From positions 3,861-67,860 of the forward strand of contig CAVBBP010000003.1 in the NCBI GenBank assembly GCA_963593685.1: a DNA stretch of 64,000 nt, read 5' to 3'. Made by a program: the position numbers and the translations under genes. The notes under the pieces were generated by a model. That model was not told the origin of the DNA. It saw nothing but the letters and a program-made list of their open reading frames with translations, and searched no databases. Of the stretch, positions 17,978-27,833 are shown one piece after another. The stretch's first letter is position 1, and every line of letters begins with the position of its first letter. Source of the DNA: Segatella copri (lineage in GTDB: Bacteria > Bacteroidota > Bacteroidia > Bacteroidales > Paludibacteraceae).

Positions 17978-18175
17978 AATTAGAATTATTTGAAGATTTG
18001 AAAATTTGAAAATTGTGGCTTTCTTGATTCCTACAACCTGAAACTTGAAATCTAAAATAACCCTCACAAACCAACACCAATACATTAAACTTTTCAACTT
18101 ATCAACTCATCAACTTTTCAACGACCAATCAACTAATCAACTAATCAACCAATCAACTGATCAACTCAAATAGAA
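17978..18175 (+). repeat. mosaic repeat block (r/t-u-q)
   Basis: TTTGAAGATTTGAAAATTTGAAAATTG, CCTGAAACTTGAAATC, then CAACTTATCAACTCATCAAC...CAATCAACTAATCAACTAATCAACCAATCAACTGATCAAC up to the alr ATG. Confidence 0.85.
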
Positions 18176-19714
18176 ATGCTTGACAATCGACAACCGCGTT
18201 TCGAGGTGGAGGCTGGCATCAACGGCTGTCTGCTTGTGCGCGACACGCACAACTCCGACCTGACATCGCTCACCAAGCACGCGCTCAGTTTTATGGAACA
18301 GCAATCGGCCAACCAAAACCTGAAGCGCACACTCATCGTGAGCGACATCAACGGCGACGACATCGTGTGCGAGATGTTCTACGCAAACATTTGCAAGGTG
18401 ATAGCATCGCAGTCTGTGAATAGGGTCATTTTTATTGGAAATGAACTATCTTCGCACTCGAAACTGTTTGATATTCAGGAGAAATCGTTTTTCTGCACAA
18501 CGCGCGAATTTTTGCTTTCCGACGAGTTACAAACACTCCGCAACGAGGTCATTTTGCTGAAAATTGCGCCCGAATTTGAGCCGCAACGCATCTTGTCGCA
18601 CCTCTGCTTGCTGGCGCACGACACGGTGATGGAGATCAATTTCGATGCCATGTTTCACAACATCGACTACTTCCGCTCGAAGTTGAAACCGACCACCAAA
18701 CTGATGTGTATGGTGAAAGCATCGGCCTACGGCAGCGGTTCGGTCGAGGTGGCGCAAGCCATGCAACATCACGGGGTCGATTATCTTGGCGTGGCGTTTG
18801 TGAACGAGGGCGTGGAACTGCGCCAAGCGGGCATACGCCTGCCCATCATCGTGCTCGACCCGATGAAAACCGCCTTGCACCACTTGATAAAATACCAGTT
18901 GGAACCCGAAGTTTGCTCGTTCCAATTTCTCGAAACGATGATCGACGAGGCGCAGCAGCACGGTTTGAAAGAGTATCCGATTCACATCAAACTCGATACG
19001 GGAATGCACCGCGCTGGCTTCGAGGCGGCCGATTTGCCAAAACTGTTGCAGATGTTGCGCAGCCAATCGGCGTTGAAAGTGGCTTCGACCTTTTCGCATT
19101 TGGCCGCTGCCGACGAGCCATCGCCCGAAATGGACGCTTTCACGCTGCAACAAATCGCACTCTTCCGCCAAAACGCCGAAACATTGGAACGCGGTTTGGG
19201 CTACCAAGTCATCAAACACACGCTCAACACGGCTGGCATCGAGCGTTTCAGCGAATACCAGTTCGATATGGCGCGACTCGGCATCGGGCTGTGGGGCATG
19301 AACTGCGTGAACGAGGAAAAACTGCGCAATGTCTGCTCGCTCAGCACGCGCATTATGCAACTGAAAACGGTGAAAGCCGGCGACACGGTGGGTTACAACC
19401 GTCGCGGAAAAATAACGAAAGACGCTGAAATTGCGCTGCTGCCGCTCGGTTACGCCGATGGCATCGACCGCCGCCTCGGCAATGGCGTTGGCTCGTTTTT
19501 CTACAAGGGGCAGCGCGTGCCGATTGTCGGCAATGTCTGCATGGACTTGCTCATGGTCGATGTTACTGGGCTGCACGCCGCCGTTGGCGACGAGATAGTC
19601 GTCTTCAACGACGAGCAACGCATTTCAAGCATTGCCAAACTGCTCGGCACCATTCCCTACGAAGTGCTGACCTCCATTTCGCCACGCGTACGACGAGTTT
19701 ATTTCAGAGAATAG
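18176..19714 (+). CDS. alr: alanine racemase with a residual MurF C-terminal-domain-like N-terminus
   Basis: PLP-lysine context VKASAYGSG and a complete Alr fold from about residue 150; residues 1-130 (RFEVEAGINGCLLVRDTHNSDLTSL...KRTLIVSDI) match only the last domain of the Mur-ligase half of Bacteroidota MurF-Alr fusions. Confidence 0.85.
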   Translation: MLDNRQPRFEVEAGINGCLLVRDTHNSDLTSLTKHALSFMEQQSANQNLKRTLIVSDINGDDIVCEMFYANICKVIASQSVNRVIFIGNELSSHSKLFDIQEKSFFCTTREFLLSDELQTLRNEVILLKIAPEFEPQRILSHLCLLAHDTVMEINFDAMFHNIDYFRSKLKPTTKLMCMVKASAYGSGSVEVAQAMQHHGVDYLGVAFVNEGVELRQAGIRLPIIVLDPMKTALHHLIKYQLEPEVCSFQFLETMIDEAQQHGLKEYPIHIKLDTGMHRAGFEAADLPKLLQMLRSQSALKVASTFSHLAAADEPSPEMDAFTLQQIALFRQNAETLERGLGYQVIKHTLNTAGIERFSEYQFDMARLGIGLWGMNCVNEEKLRNVCSLSTRIMQLKTVKAGDTVGYNRRGKITKDAEIALLPLGYADGIDRRLGNGVGSFFYKGQRVPIVGNVCMDLLMVDVTGLHAAVGDEIVVFNDEQRISSIAKLLGTIPYEVLTSISPRVRRVYFRE

Positions 19715-19879
19715 TTTATAATTGTATAATTGCTTAATTTCCAATTACTTAATTATTTGAAAATTTGAAAATTTGAAGATTTGAAAATTGGGTTTGCCGC
19801 CCCGACCTTTATTGATGCGTTAAACTTATCAACTGATCAACTTATCAACTCATTTGAAACCGTGCGTAGCACGAAAAAC
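19715..19879 (+). repeat. mosaic repeat block (s-t-q)
   Basis: TAATTTCCAATTACTTAATTA, TTTGAAAATTTGAAAATTTGAAGATTTGAAAATTG, CCTTTATTGATGCGTTAAACTTATCAACTGATCAACTTATCAAC. Confidence 0.85.
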
Positions 19880-20485
19880 ATGGACACCTATACGACCATA
19901 GTTGCACCTGCACAGGGCATTTACAAGGAGAAAGGAAGCAAATTTTTGGCTTTTGCCTTTCCTGTTGCTACGCTCGATGCGGTGAAAACGCTGGTCGAAA
20001 CGAAACGCAAAGAGTACCACGATGCACGCCATGTTTGCTACGCCTATATGCTCGGGGCAGCGCACACCGATTTTCGAGCCAATGACGACGGAGAACCTTC
20101 TGGCACAGCGGGCAAACCGATTCTCGGACAGATTAACGCCAATGGCCTCACCAACATTTTGATAGTGGTTGTGCGCTATTTTGGCGGCATTCTGCTCGGC
20201 ACAGGCGGACTCACTGTCGCCTACAAAATGGCGGCTGCCGAAGCCCTCGCCGCAGCGCAAACGGTCGAACGGCTAGTCGAGGCGCACTATCGGATTACAA
20301 CGCCATACACGGCGCTCAATCGCGCGATGCGACTTGTTAAAGAATTGCAAATGAGTGTGTTAGAACAAAAACAAAGTGCCGAATGCGAACTTACGGTGGC
20401 TGTCCGCCAGTCGCACGAAGAGCAGTTGGCGGCGCGGCTCGAACAGATGGCGTTCGAGGGCGTTTCGTTCAGCAAAATCGATTGA
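19880..20485 (+). CDS. yigZ: YigZ/IMPACT family protein
   Basis: GSKFLAFAFPV, DDGEPSGTAGKPIL; ATG 19880 preferred because the track start 19781 translates repeat words. Confidence 0.75.
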   Translation: MDTYTTIVAPAQGIYKEKGSKFLAFAFPVATLDAVKTLVETKRKEYHDARHVCYAYMLGAAHTDFRANDDGEPSGTAGKPILGQINANGLTNILIVVVRYFGGILLGTGGLTVAYKMAAAEALAAAQTVERLVEAHYRITTPYTALNRAMRLVKELQMSVLEQKQSAECELTVAVRQSHEEQLAARLEQMAFEGVSFSKID

Positions 20486-20489
20486 CAAC

Positions 20490-20969
20490 ATGAACGGCAA
20501 CATCAAAAAGACCAATGTGGCGCGGCTGCTCGATGCGCACAAAATCGCCTATCGCCTGATTGCATACGACCCTGGCGAGGTGGAGTTGGGTGCGCAGCAT
20601 GTGGCCGACCAACTGGGCGAACCCATCGAGCGTGTGTTCAAAACGCTGGTGCTGAAAGGCGACCGCAACGGTCATTTTGTCTGCGTCGTTCCCGGCAACA
20701 AGGAGGTCGATTTGAAACTGGCCGCCAAACTTTCGGGCAACAAAAGTTGCGACCTCATTCCTGTGAAAGACCTGCTCGGACTCACGGGTTACATTCGTGG
20801 CGGCTGCTCGCCCATCGGCATGAAAAAGCATTTTCCCACATTCCTACACGAGAGTTGCACCGATTTTCCAACGATTTTCGTCAGTGCAGGCATGCGTGGT
20901 CTTCAAGTCGAAATCGCCCCAGCGGATTTGCAACACATCACCGATGCCACCGTTTGCAGACTTTTTTAA
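20490..20969 (+). CDS. ybaK: Cys-tRNA(Pro)/Cys-tRNA(Cys) deacylase
   Basis: MNGNIKKTNVARLLD..., FKTLVLKGD, GGCSPIG; the track start 20376 overlaps yigZ in another frame. Confidence 0.85.
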   Translation: MNGNIKKTNVARLLDAHKIAYRLIAYDPGEVELGAQHVADQLGEPIERVFKTLVLKGDRNGHFVCVVPGNKEVDLKLAAKLSGNKSCDLIPVKDLLGLTGYIRGGCSPIGMKKHFPTFLHESCTDFPTIFVSAGMRGLQVEIAPADLQHITDATVCRLF

Positions 20970-21195
20970 TGAGTGAGGAATTAGGAATTAGGAGTGAGGA
21001 ATTTTTTAGTGAGAAGTGAGCAGTGAGAAGTGAGCAGTGAGGCGGCGAAGCCGCAATGACAGATTTCAGATTTCAGATTTCAAAATTTCAAATTTCAGAA
21101 TTTCAAATTGTCGGATTAACCAACTCATCAAATAACCAAATAACCAAATAACCAAATCAACGATTCAACGCTTCAACAGTTCAACAATAAAAAAA
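20968..21195 (+). repeat. mosaic repeat block (b-c-d-e-i-h)
   Basis: TGAGTGAGGAATTAGGAATTAGGAGTGAGGAA, AGTGAGAAGTGAGCAGTGAGAAGTGAGCAGTGA, GGCGGCGAAGCCGC hairpin, (ATTTCAG)n, (AAATAACC)3, TTCAACG words. Confidence 0.9.
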
Positions 21196-21429
21196 ATGAC
21201 CATAAAAGTTCTACTTGAAACGGATTGTTCGGGCTGCAAGGCCACGCTCGAAGCCGTGCGTGCAGCGGCGGCCGAAATCGGCGGCATCGAGGTGCTGCCA
21301 ATAACCGATGTGAAAACCATTCTCGGCTACAAAGTGTGGCGCATGCCCGCCATCGTCATTGACGAAAAAGTGGTGTCCGTCGGCAAAAACCTCAACCTCG
21401 AACAAGCAAAAAAGTTGATACTTAAATAG
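21196..21429 (+). CDS. small thioredoxin-fold (CxxC) protein
   Basis: 77 aa, CSGC near the N-terminus, WRMPAIVIDEKVV; resembles the Thioredoxin_3 small redox-active family. Confidence 0.6.
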   Translation: MTIKVLLETDCSGCKATLEAVRAAAAEIGGIEVLPITDVKTILGYKVWRMPAIVIDEKVVSVGKNLNLEQAKKLILK

Positions 21430-21657
21430 TCGCAAGTCGCAAGAGAGTTTGAAAGTGTATAAAGTCTATAAAGTGGAAAGTAGGGATGCATCGAGTGCGT
21501 CCGAACGCTTCAACGATTAAACGCTTCAACGATAACCAAACAACAACGAAACATAGAAACAGCGCGCAGCGCGAGAAACTTAGAAACTATACGAAACAGC
21601 GCGTAGCGCAATCTGAAATTCTGAAATCTGAAATTCTGAAATTAAAAAAAAATTACC
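21427..21657. repeat. mosaic repeat block (a, m reversed, degenerate g, h, j, u)
   Basis: TAGTCGCAAGTCGCAAG begins with the stop codon; GGATGCATCGAGTGCGTCC 21484..21502; AGCGCGCAGCGCGAG; TCTGAAATTCTGAAATCTGAAATTCTGAAATT. Confidence 0.85.
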
Positions 21658-22932
21658 ATGAAAAATCAAAAAACCAACACTTTGGCCATCGCTGTGATGT
21701 TTTGCCTGTTCTTTATGATTGCCTTCGTTACGCATTTTGCGGGTTCGATGGGCGTGATTGTAAAAAACCAGTTCCTTGGCGACAGCAGTAGCGCGAAAGC
21801 ACTTTCGCAACTCGGCTCGCTTGCCAATTTTATCGCTTACGCCTGCATGGGTATTCCGGGCGGCCTCATTCTCAAACGCCGCGGCTACAAATTTACGGCA
21901 CTTTTGGCCGTTTGCATCGGTTTGGTGGGCGTCGCCATTCAGTGGATTTCGGGTCCAGCCGAGTCGTTTCTTGTCTATGTGATTGGCGCACTCGTTGCTG
22001 GATTCTCGATGTGTCTGCTCAATATCGTGGTCAATCCAATGCTCAACACGCTGGGCGGCGGCGGCAACACAGGCAACCGCTTGATGCAGTTTGGCGGTTC
22101 GTGTAACTCTATTGGCGGCACTCTTGCCCCCGTTTTGCTGGGCTATCTGATTGGTAGCAATTTCGAAAACGCTTCGGTAGGCGATGTGGCACCAGCCATG
22201 ATTATCGCTATGGTGATTTTTGCGCTTGCAGCGGTCATTATCGGCTTTACAAAAATTCCAGAACCACACATGGAAACGCCCGAAGAGCGTGCCGCTCGCA
22301 AGGCTGGGCGCATTGTCAAAGACGAACACAGCCCACTTTCGTTCCGCCATTTTGTGTTGGGAGCAGTGGCCATTTTCCTCTACATGGGCTTGGAAATCGG
22401 CATTCCAAACACGGCAAATGTCTATTTTTCTGAAATAAAATGGATTGGTCCAGCACTCACAGGTGCTATGATTAGCGGCTATTTTCTCTGCATGATGATA
22501 GGCCGACTGTGTGGCGGATTGCTTGGCGGCAAAGTGTCGTCGCGGGCGATGTTGGCGGCCACCGCCTTGCTTGGCATTGTTTTTTGCCTCTGCATTATGT
22601 TCTTGCCCGAGTCGATTACGGTTTCGCTGTTTGGCAAAACAATTCCGCTGGCACTCGTCTTTGTGATGCTTTGCGGCCTTTGTACCTCCATCATGTGGGG
22701 CGCAATTTTCAACCTCGCCACCGAAGGTTTGGGACGCTACACAGCCACGGCATCGGGCATTTTCATGACTCTCGTTTGCGGCGGCGGCATCATTCCATTT
22801 TTGCAAAATTTGCTGGCCGACCACATCGGTTCGTTGCAGAGTTACGGACTGCTGGTCGTTTGTATGCTTTACCTTGTCTATTACGCATTTTTTGGCTCAA
22901 AAAATGTGAACACCGACATCAAAACTGAATAA
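21658..22932 (+). CDS. sugar MFS transporter (GluP/FucP/NagP-like)
   Basis: 12-TM profile, GIPGGLILKRRGYK loop motif; next to a ROK kinase. Confidence 0.75.
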   Translation: MKNQKTNTLAIAVMFCLFFMIAFVTHFAGSMGVIVKNQFLGDSSSAKALSQLGSLANFIAYACMGIPGGLILKRRGYKFTALLAVCIGLVGVAIQWISGPAESFLVYVIGALVAGFSMCLLNIVVNPMLNTLGGGGNTGNRLMQFGGSCNSIGGTLAPVLLGYLIGSNFENASVGDVAPAMIIAMVIFALAAVIIGFTKIPEPHMETPEERAARKAGRIVKDEHSPLSFRHFVLGAVAIFLYMGLEIGIPNTANVYFSEIKWIGPALTGAMISGYFLCMMIGRLCGGLLGGKVSSRAMLAATALLGIVFCLCIMFLPESITVSLFGKTIPLALVFVMLCGLCTSIMWGAIFNLATEGLGRYTATASGIFMTLVCGGGIIPFLQNLLADHIGSLQSYGLLVVCMLYLVYYAFFGSKNVNTDIKTE

Positions 22933-22960
22933 TTTTCTCACAAAAAAATAGCGAAATATC

Positions 22961-23923
22961 ATGGAAAAACCTTATGTAGTGGGCATCGACATCGGTGCTA
23001 CAACCGCCAAAATTGGGCTCGTCGATATGCGCGGCAATGTGCTGGCGCAAACCGCCATTCGCAGCAACGATACCACTGACGCTCAACAGTTTATCGACAA
23101 TTTGTGCGACGCTGTGCGCAAAGTTGTGGAGCAAAATTACAGCCTATCGCAAATTCGCGGCATCGGCATTGGCGCACCCAACGCCAATTTCTACAAAGGC
23201 ACCATCGAAAACACGGTGAATCTCACTTGGGGCGGTGCAAAAATCATTCCGTTTTCGGAGATGATGACGGCGTGTATCGGTCTGCCCGTGCGCATTACCA
23301 ACGATGCCAACGCCGCCGCAGTGGGCGAAATGACCTACGGCGTGGCACGCGGCATGAAAAATTTTATCATGATAACGCTCGGCACTGGCGTTGGCTCGGG
23401 CATTGTGGTGAACGGCGAAGTGCTGCTCGGCCACGACGGTTTTGCGGGCGAACTCGGCCATGTTACCATGATTCGCAACAACGGTCGCCTCTGCGGCTGT
23501 GGCAAAACGGGCTGCCTCGAAGCCTATGCGTCGGCCACAGGTGTGGCGCGTACCGCACGCGAACTGCTCGAAACAACCGATCGTCAGAGCCTTTTGCGCA
23601 ACATTCCGCCCGAGGACATCACCTCGAAAGATGTGTTCGACGCAGCAAAGCAGGACGATGAACTGGCTTGCGAAATTTTCTCTTTCACAGGCAAAATGCT
23701 CGGCGAGGCGTTGGCCGATTTTGTGGCGTTCAGTTCGCCCGAAGCCATCGTGCTGTTTGGCGGCCTCACCAAGGCTGGCGACCTCATCATGAAACCCGTA
23801 GTCGAAAGCATGAACGCTAATGTGATGCCACTTTGGAAAAACAAAATCAAAGTGCTACTCTCGCAACTAAAAGAATCGGATGCTGCCATACTCGGTGCAA
23901 GCGCACTGGCGTGGGAGTTGTAA
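22961..23923 (+). CDS. ROK family sugar kinase
   Basis: VGIDIGATTAK, NDANAAAVGE, GHxxxxxxGxxCxCGxxGC (GHVTMIRNNGRLCGCGKTGCLE). Confidence 0.82.
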   Translation: MEKPYVVGIDIGATTAKIGLVDMRGNVLAQTAIRSNDTTDAQQFIDNLCDAVRKVVEQNYSLSQIRGIGIGAPNANFYKGTIENTVNLTWGGAKIIPFSEMMTACIGLPVRITNDANAAAVGEMTYGVARGMKNFIMITLGTGVGSGIVVNGEVLLGHDGFAGELGHVTMIRNNGRLCGCGKTGCLEAYASATGVARTARELLETTDRQSLLRNIPPEDITSKDVFDAAKQDDELACEIFSFTGKMLGEALADFVAFSSPEAIVLFGGLTKAGDLIMKPVVESMNANVMPLWKNKIKVLLSQLKESDAAILGASALAWEL

Positions 23924-24251
23924 AGCGGCAAAGCCGCGATTTCAGATTGTTAGTAGCAAGATATGAGTAGCAAGAAGAGATTTTAAGAAGATAGAACATA
24001 GAACATAGACTATGACAACTTGAAACTTGAAGTCCTGAAACTCTGAATTTCTGAAACTTGAAACACAGAAACAGCGCGCAGCGACGACCAACTGCAGAAA
24101 GTTGTGGCGTGCGAAACTTTATGAACTTTATAACTTTATAAACTTGATGAACTTCTGATCAACCAATCAACTAATCAACTGATCAACTAATCAACTAATC
24201 AACCCAATCTGTAACTCTAAAACTTGAAACAATAAGAAAAACAAACAAAAT
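23924..24251. repeat. mosaic repeat block (d-a-n-u-j-m-q)
   Basis: AGCGGCAAAGCCGCG hairpin directly after the stop; AGTAGCAAGATATGAGTAGCAAG 23952..23974; AGATAGAACATAGAACATAGAC; CTGAAAC words; AACTTTAT words; (CWAATCAAC)n. Confidence 0.85.
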
Positions 24252-26006
24252 ATGTACAGAACAGTAACTTGCGGCGAACTGCGCGCCGCCAACGCAGGAC
24301 AAACGGTAACCCTTGCCGGCTGGGTGCAACGCATCCGCAAAATGGGCGGTATGACTTTCATCGACTTGCGCGACCGCTACGGCATTACGCAACTGGCTTT
24401 CAATCAGGAGGTTGATGCCGATTTGTGCGACCGTGCCAATCGCCTCGGACGCGAATTTGTGATACAAGCCACTGGCACGGTGGCCGAGCGTTACAGCAAA
24501 AACGCCCACATGCCGACGGGCGACATCGAAATAATTGTCTCGGCACTGAATGTGCTGAACGAGTCTGCCACGCCGCCATTCACCATCGAGGACGAAACCG
24601 ACGGCGGCGACGATCTGCGCATGAAATACCGCTACCTCGACCTGCGCCGCTCGTGCGTGCGCCAAAACCTCGAATTGCGCCACAAAATGGCGTTCGAAGT
24701 GCGCCGTTATCTTGATGAACAGGGATTTTTGGAGGTGGAAACGCCCGTGTTGGTAAATTCTACGCCCGAAGGTGCCCGCGATTTTGTGGTGCCGAGCCGC
24801 ATGAATCCAGGACAATTCTACGCCCTGCCACAAAGTCCGCAAACACTCAAACAACTGCTGATGGTCAGCGGGTTCGACCGCTACTTCCAGATTGTGAAGT
24901 GCTTCCGCGACGAAGATCTGCGTGCCGACCGCCAGCCCGAATTTACGCAAATCGACTGCGAAATGTCGTTCGTCGAGCAGGAAGATATTTTGAATATGTT
25001 CGAGGGCATGAGCCGCCATCTGTTCAAGGCCATCAAAGGCATCGACCTGCCAAAATTGCCGCGCATGACATGGGCTGACGCTATGAAATTCTACGGCAGC
25101 GACAAGCCCGACACGCGTTTCGATATGCGTTTTGTGGAACTGATGGAGGTGCTGCAAGGCCACGGATTCGGCGTGTTCGACAGCGCAACCTACATCGGCG
25201 GCATCTGTGCCAAAGGGGCGGCCGCCTACACACGCAAGCAAATCGACCAACTGACCGACTATGTGCGCCGTCCGCAAATTGGCGCGAAAGGCTTGGTTTA
25301 TGCCCGCATCGAAGCCGATGGCACGGTGAAATCGAGCGTCGATAAATTCTACACGCAAGAGGTGCTGCAACAACTCAAAGCCGCCATGAACGCCGAGGTA
25401 GGCGACTTGATTCTGATTTTGAGCGGCGACGACGCGATGAAAACGCGCAAACAACTCTGCGAATTGCGCCTCGAAATGGGACGCCAACTCGGACTGCGCG
25501 ACCCGAACAAATACAGTTGCCTCTGGGTGGTCGATTTCCCGATGTACGAGTGGAGCGACGAGGAGAACCGCCTGATGGCGATGCACCACCCATTCACTGC
25601 GCCCAAACCCGAAGACATTCCGCTGCTCGATACCGATCCAGCCAGCGTGCGCGCCAACGCCTACGATATGGTGATAAACGGTGTCGAAGTGGGTGGCGGC
25701 AGCATCCGCATACACGATGCGAAACTGCAAGAAAAGGTATTCGAAATTCTCGGATTCACGCCCGAACAGGCACAAACCAAGTTCGGATTCCTGATGAACG
25801 CCTTCAAATTTGGTGCGCCTCCTCACGGCGGTTTGGCCTACGGCCTCGACCGTTTTGTGTCGCTTTTCGCTGGTCTCGACAGCATTCGCGACTGCATCGC
25901 CTTCCCCAAAAACAACCAAGGCCGCGATGTGATGCTCGGTGCCCCCAGCCTCATCGACCAAATCCAACTCGACGAACTGAAACTGAAAGTAGATCTGAAA
26001 GAGTAG
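24252..26006 (+). CDS. aspS: aspartate-tRNA ligase
   Basis: Full-length class IIb aaRS: OB fold [48 protein letters not shown]. Confidence 0.97.
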   Translation: MYRTVTCGELRAANAGQTVTLAGWVQRIRKMGGMTFIDLRDRYGITQLAFNQEVDADLCDRANRLGREFVIQATGTVAERYSKNAHMPTGDIEIIVSALNVLNESATPPFTIEDETDGGDDLRMKYRYLDLRRSCVRQNLELRHKMAFEVRRYLDEQGFLEVETPVLVNSTPEGARDFVVPSRMNPGQFYALPQSPQTLKQLLMVSGFDRYFQIVKCFRDEDLRADRQPEFTQIDCEMSFVEQEDILNMFEGMSRHLFKAIKGIDLPKLPRMTWADAMKFYGSDKPDTRFDMRFVELMEVLQGHGFGVFDSATYIGGICAKGAAAYTRKQIDQLTDYVRRPQIGAKGLVYARIEADGTVKSSVDKFYTQEVLQQLKAAMNAEVGDLILILSGDDAMKTRKQLCELRLEMGRQLGLRDPNKYSCLWVVDFPMYEWSDEENRLMAMHHPFTAPKPEDIPLLDTDPASVRANAYDMVINGVEVGGGSIRIHDAKLQEKVFEILGFTPEQAQTKFGFLMNAFKFGAPPHGGLAYGLDRFVSLFAGLDSIRDCIAFPKNNQGRDVMLGAPSLIDQIQLDELKLKVDLKE

Positions 26007-26182
26007 CCATGAAATTTTTGAAAGGTTATAGGTTAGAGGTTATCGTTTATAGAACATAGATTGTAGGGACGCACCGAGTGCGTCCGAAACGATTCAACGA
26101 TTCAACAAATAACCAAATTCACAAATCAACAGAAACATAGAAACCAAAATTGCGTTAGCAATTTTGAAAACCAACGACTAAA
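26007..26182 (+). repeat. mosaic repeat block (n-g-h-i-j-k)
   Basis: GGTTATAGGTTAGAGGTTATCGTTTATAGAACATAGA, g hairpin 26067..26085, AAAATTGCGTTAGCAATTTT. Confidence 0.9.
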
Positions 26183-26881
26183 ATGCCAAAAATCGTAGTT
26201 CTCACTGGCGCTGGCATTTCGGCGGAGAGCGGTCTGGGCACTTTTCGCGACAACGACGGCCTTTGGGCGCGCTACCGCATCGAAGATGTCTGCACGCCCG
26301 AAGCGCTGGCACGCAACCGCGCCTTGGTCATCGATTTCTACAACCAACGCCGCCGCGAGACGCTGGCTGCACAACCCAATGCGGCGCACCTTGCGCTGAA
26401 ACGCCTCGAGGAGCAGTTCGAGGTGCATATCGTTACGCAAAACATCGACAATCTGCACGAACGCGCTGGAAGTCAGCATATTACGCACTTGCACGGTGAG
26501 ATTACCAAACTGCGCAGCAGCCGCAACGAACTGGCTACCGTGCCGCTCGAAGGGTGGGAGCAACCGCTCGACGCGCGCCACCTCGACGGGTCGCTGCTGC
26601 GGCCGTTTATCGTCTTTTTTGGCGAGTCGGTGCCGCTGTTGCCGCGCGCCATCGAGGAGGTGGAGCAGGCCGACATTTTCATCGTTGTCGGCACTTCGCT
26701 GGCGGTCTATCCTGCGGCCTCGCTGGTCTATTATGTGCGCCCGAGCGTGCCGATTTACTTGGTCGATCCGGGCAATCCCGACACGCACGCCATCACCAAT
26801 CCGTTCACGCACATTCGGGCGGCGGCTTCGGTGGGCGTGCCGCAGTTAGTCGATGAACTTTTGCAAAAATACAAGTCTTAA
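26183..26881 (+). CDS. cobB: NAD-dependent protein deacylase (Sir2/CobB family)
   Basis: GAGISAESGLGTFRD, QNIDNLHERAG, HLHGE; no Cys4 zinc ribbon is visible. Confidence 0.85.
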   Translation: MPKIVVLTGAGISAESGLGTFRDNDGLWARYRIEDVCTPEALARNRALVIDFYNQRRRETLAAQPNAAHLALKRLEEQFEVHIVTQNIDNLHERAGSQHITHLHGEITKLRSSRNELATVPLEGWEQPLDARHLDGSLLRPFIVFFGESVPLLPRAIEEVEQADIFIVVGTSLAVYPAASLVYYVRPSVPIYLVDPGNPDTHAITNPFTHIRAAASVGVPQLVDELLQKYKS

Positions 26882-26892
26882 TTTGCTGAAAA

Positions 26893-27588
26893 TCAGGCAA
26901 TTCGACAGTAATTCAATATCGCTTCGGCAATGAGTTGATGCCCCGCTTCGTTGGGGTGCATGCCATCGGGGCAGTAGTAGTTGCTCAGGTCGCGCTGCTC
27001 GAGAAACACGCTACTGATGTCGATGACTGGCACGCGTTGCTCCACCGCAATTTTGAACACTTCGAGGTTGTACTGCTCGTGCCAATTCTGAATGTAATTG
27101 ACATTTTGCCCGATGAACTGCATGATTTTGGCACGGTCGAGTCCTTGACACACATGGTCGAAAAACAGTTGCCCATCGATGGGCGGCAGCGAGAGCAGCA
27201 CAGGCCGACCGCCCAGCGCACGCACCTTGCGCACCACCTCGATATAGGTCTGCCGAAACGCCTCGAGCGTTGTGAATGGCTGGTGTTTGCCCTCGGGGTT
27301 GGCGGCCACAGCGCGCCAATCGAAGTTGCAGTCGTTGCCGCCGAACTCCAGTACCACATAGTCGCCTTGCGCTATTTTTGTGCTGTTCATGCTCAGACTT
27401 TTCATACCGTTTATAATGGTGCTGCCGAAGCGCGCCAAGTTGTTGATTGGGAAACCGAATTTGCGCTCGCAGCGCGCTACAAACGAATTGTCGCTCAATT
27501 TGTATTTCACCACACCATTGCCAAGCAGTTGTGGGTCGGCCACCACACCTTTCATGATTGAGTCGCCGAATGTTAGAATTTTTGCCAT
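26893..27588 (-). CDS. SGNH/GDSL hydrolase
   Basis: MAKILTFGDSIMKG (block I Ser), GGNDCN, DGMHPN (Asp-His); ATG at 27588 preferred, since the track extension to 27828 passes the promoter box. Confidence 0.75.
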   Translation of the reverse strand: MAKILTFGDSIMKGVVADPQLLGNGVVKYKLSDNSFVARCERKFGFPINNLARFGSTIINGMKSLSMNSTKIAQGDYVVLEFGGNDCNFDWRAVAANPEGKHQPFTTLEAFRQTYIEVVRKVRALGGRPVLLSLPPIDGQLFFDHVCQGLDRAKIMQFIGQNVNYIQNWHEQYNLEVFKIAVEQRVPVIDISSVFLEQRDLSNYYCPDGMHPNEAGHQLIAEAILNYCRIA

Positions 27589-27619
27589 AGTTAGAAAAAT
27601 TTCAGATTGATTTTTGCTG

Positions 27620-27627
27620 CAAAAATA
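27620..27627 (-). promoter_or_regulatory. -7 box TATTTTTG for the SGNH hydrolase gene
   Basis: CAAAAATA on +, 32 nt upstream of the minus-strand ATG. Confidence 0.45.
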
Positions 27628-27792
27628 GAGATTTTGCCTACCGCTTCCAAAGAAAAGTGATGTATGGCGAAAAATGACGCAGAAACCTTGTTTTGGTATC
27701 GAAAAAGCCATTTTTAGGGACGAAAATCGAAAAATTTTACTTTCATCACACTTTTTTGGTGACAAAAGTGATAAAATTCGACACTTTTTTCG

Positions 27793-27800
27793 TACCTTTG
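27793..27800 (+). promoter_or_regulatory. -7 box TACCTTTG for the LytTR protein gene
   Basis: CGTACCTTTGCAG, 34 nt upstream of ATG 27834. Confidence 0.55.
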
Positions 27801-27833
27801 CAGGGTCAAAATCGAGCAAAAACGACACGCACC

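Noticed and set aside
26183-26881. Sir2-domain gene as an anti-phage defence component (Thoeris/DSR-like)
   Set aside because: It is 232 aa with a full CobB-type catalytic core, has no partner gene (no TIR, helicase or additional sensor domain), has native GC, and sits in housekeeping neighbourhoods. It is best read as the ordinary NAD-dependent deacylase.
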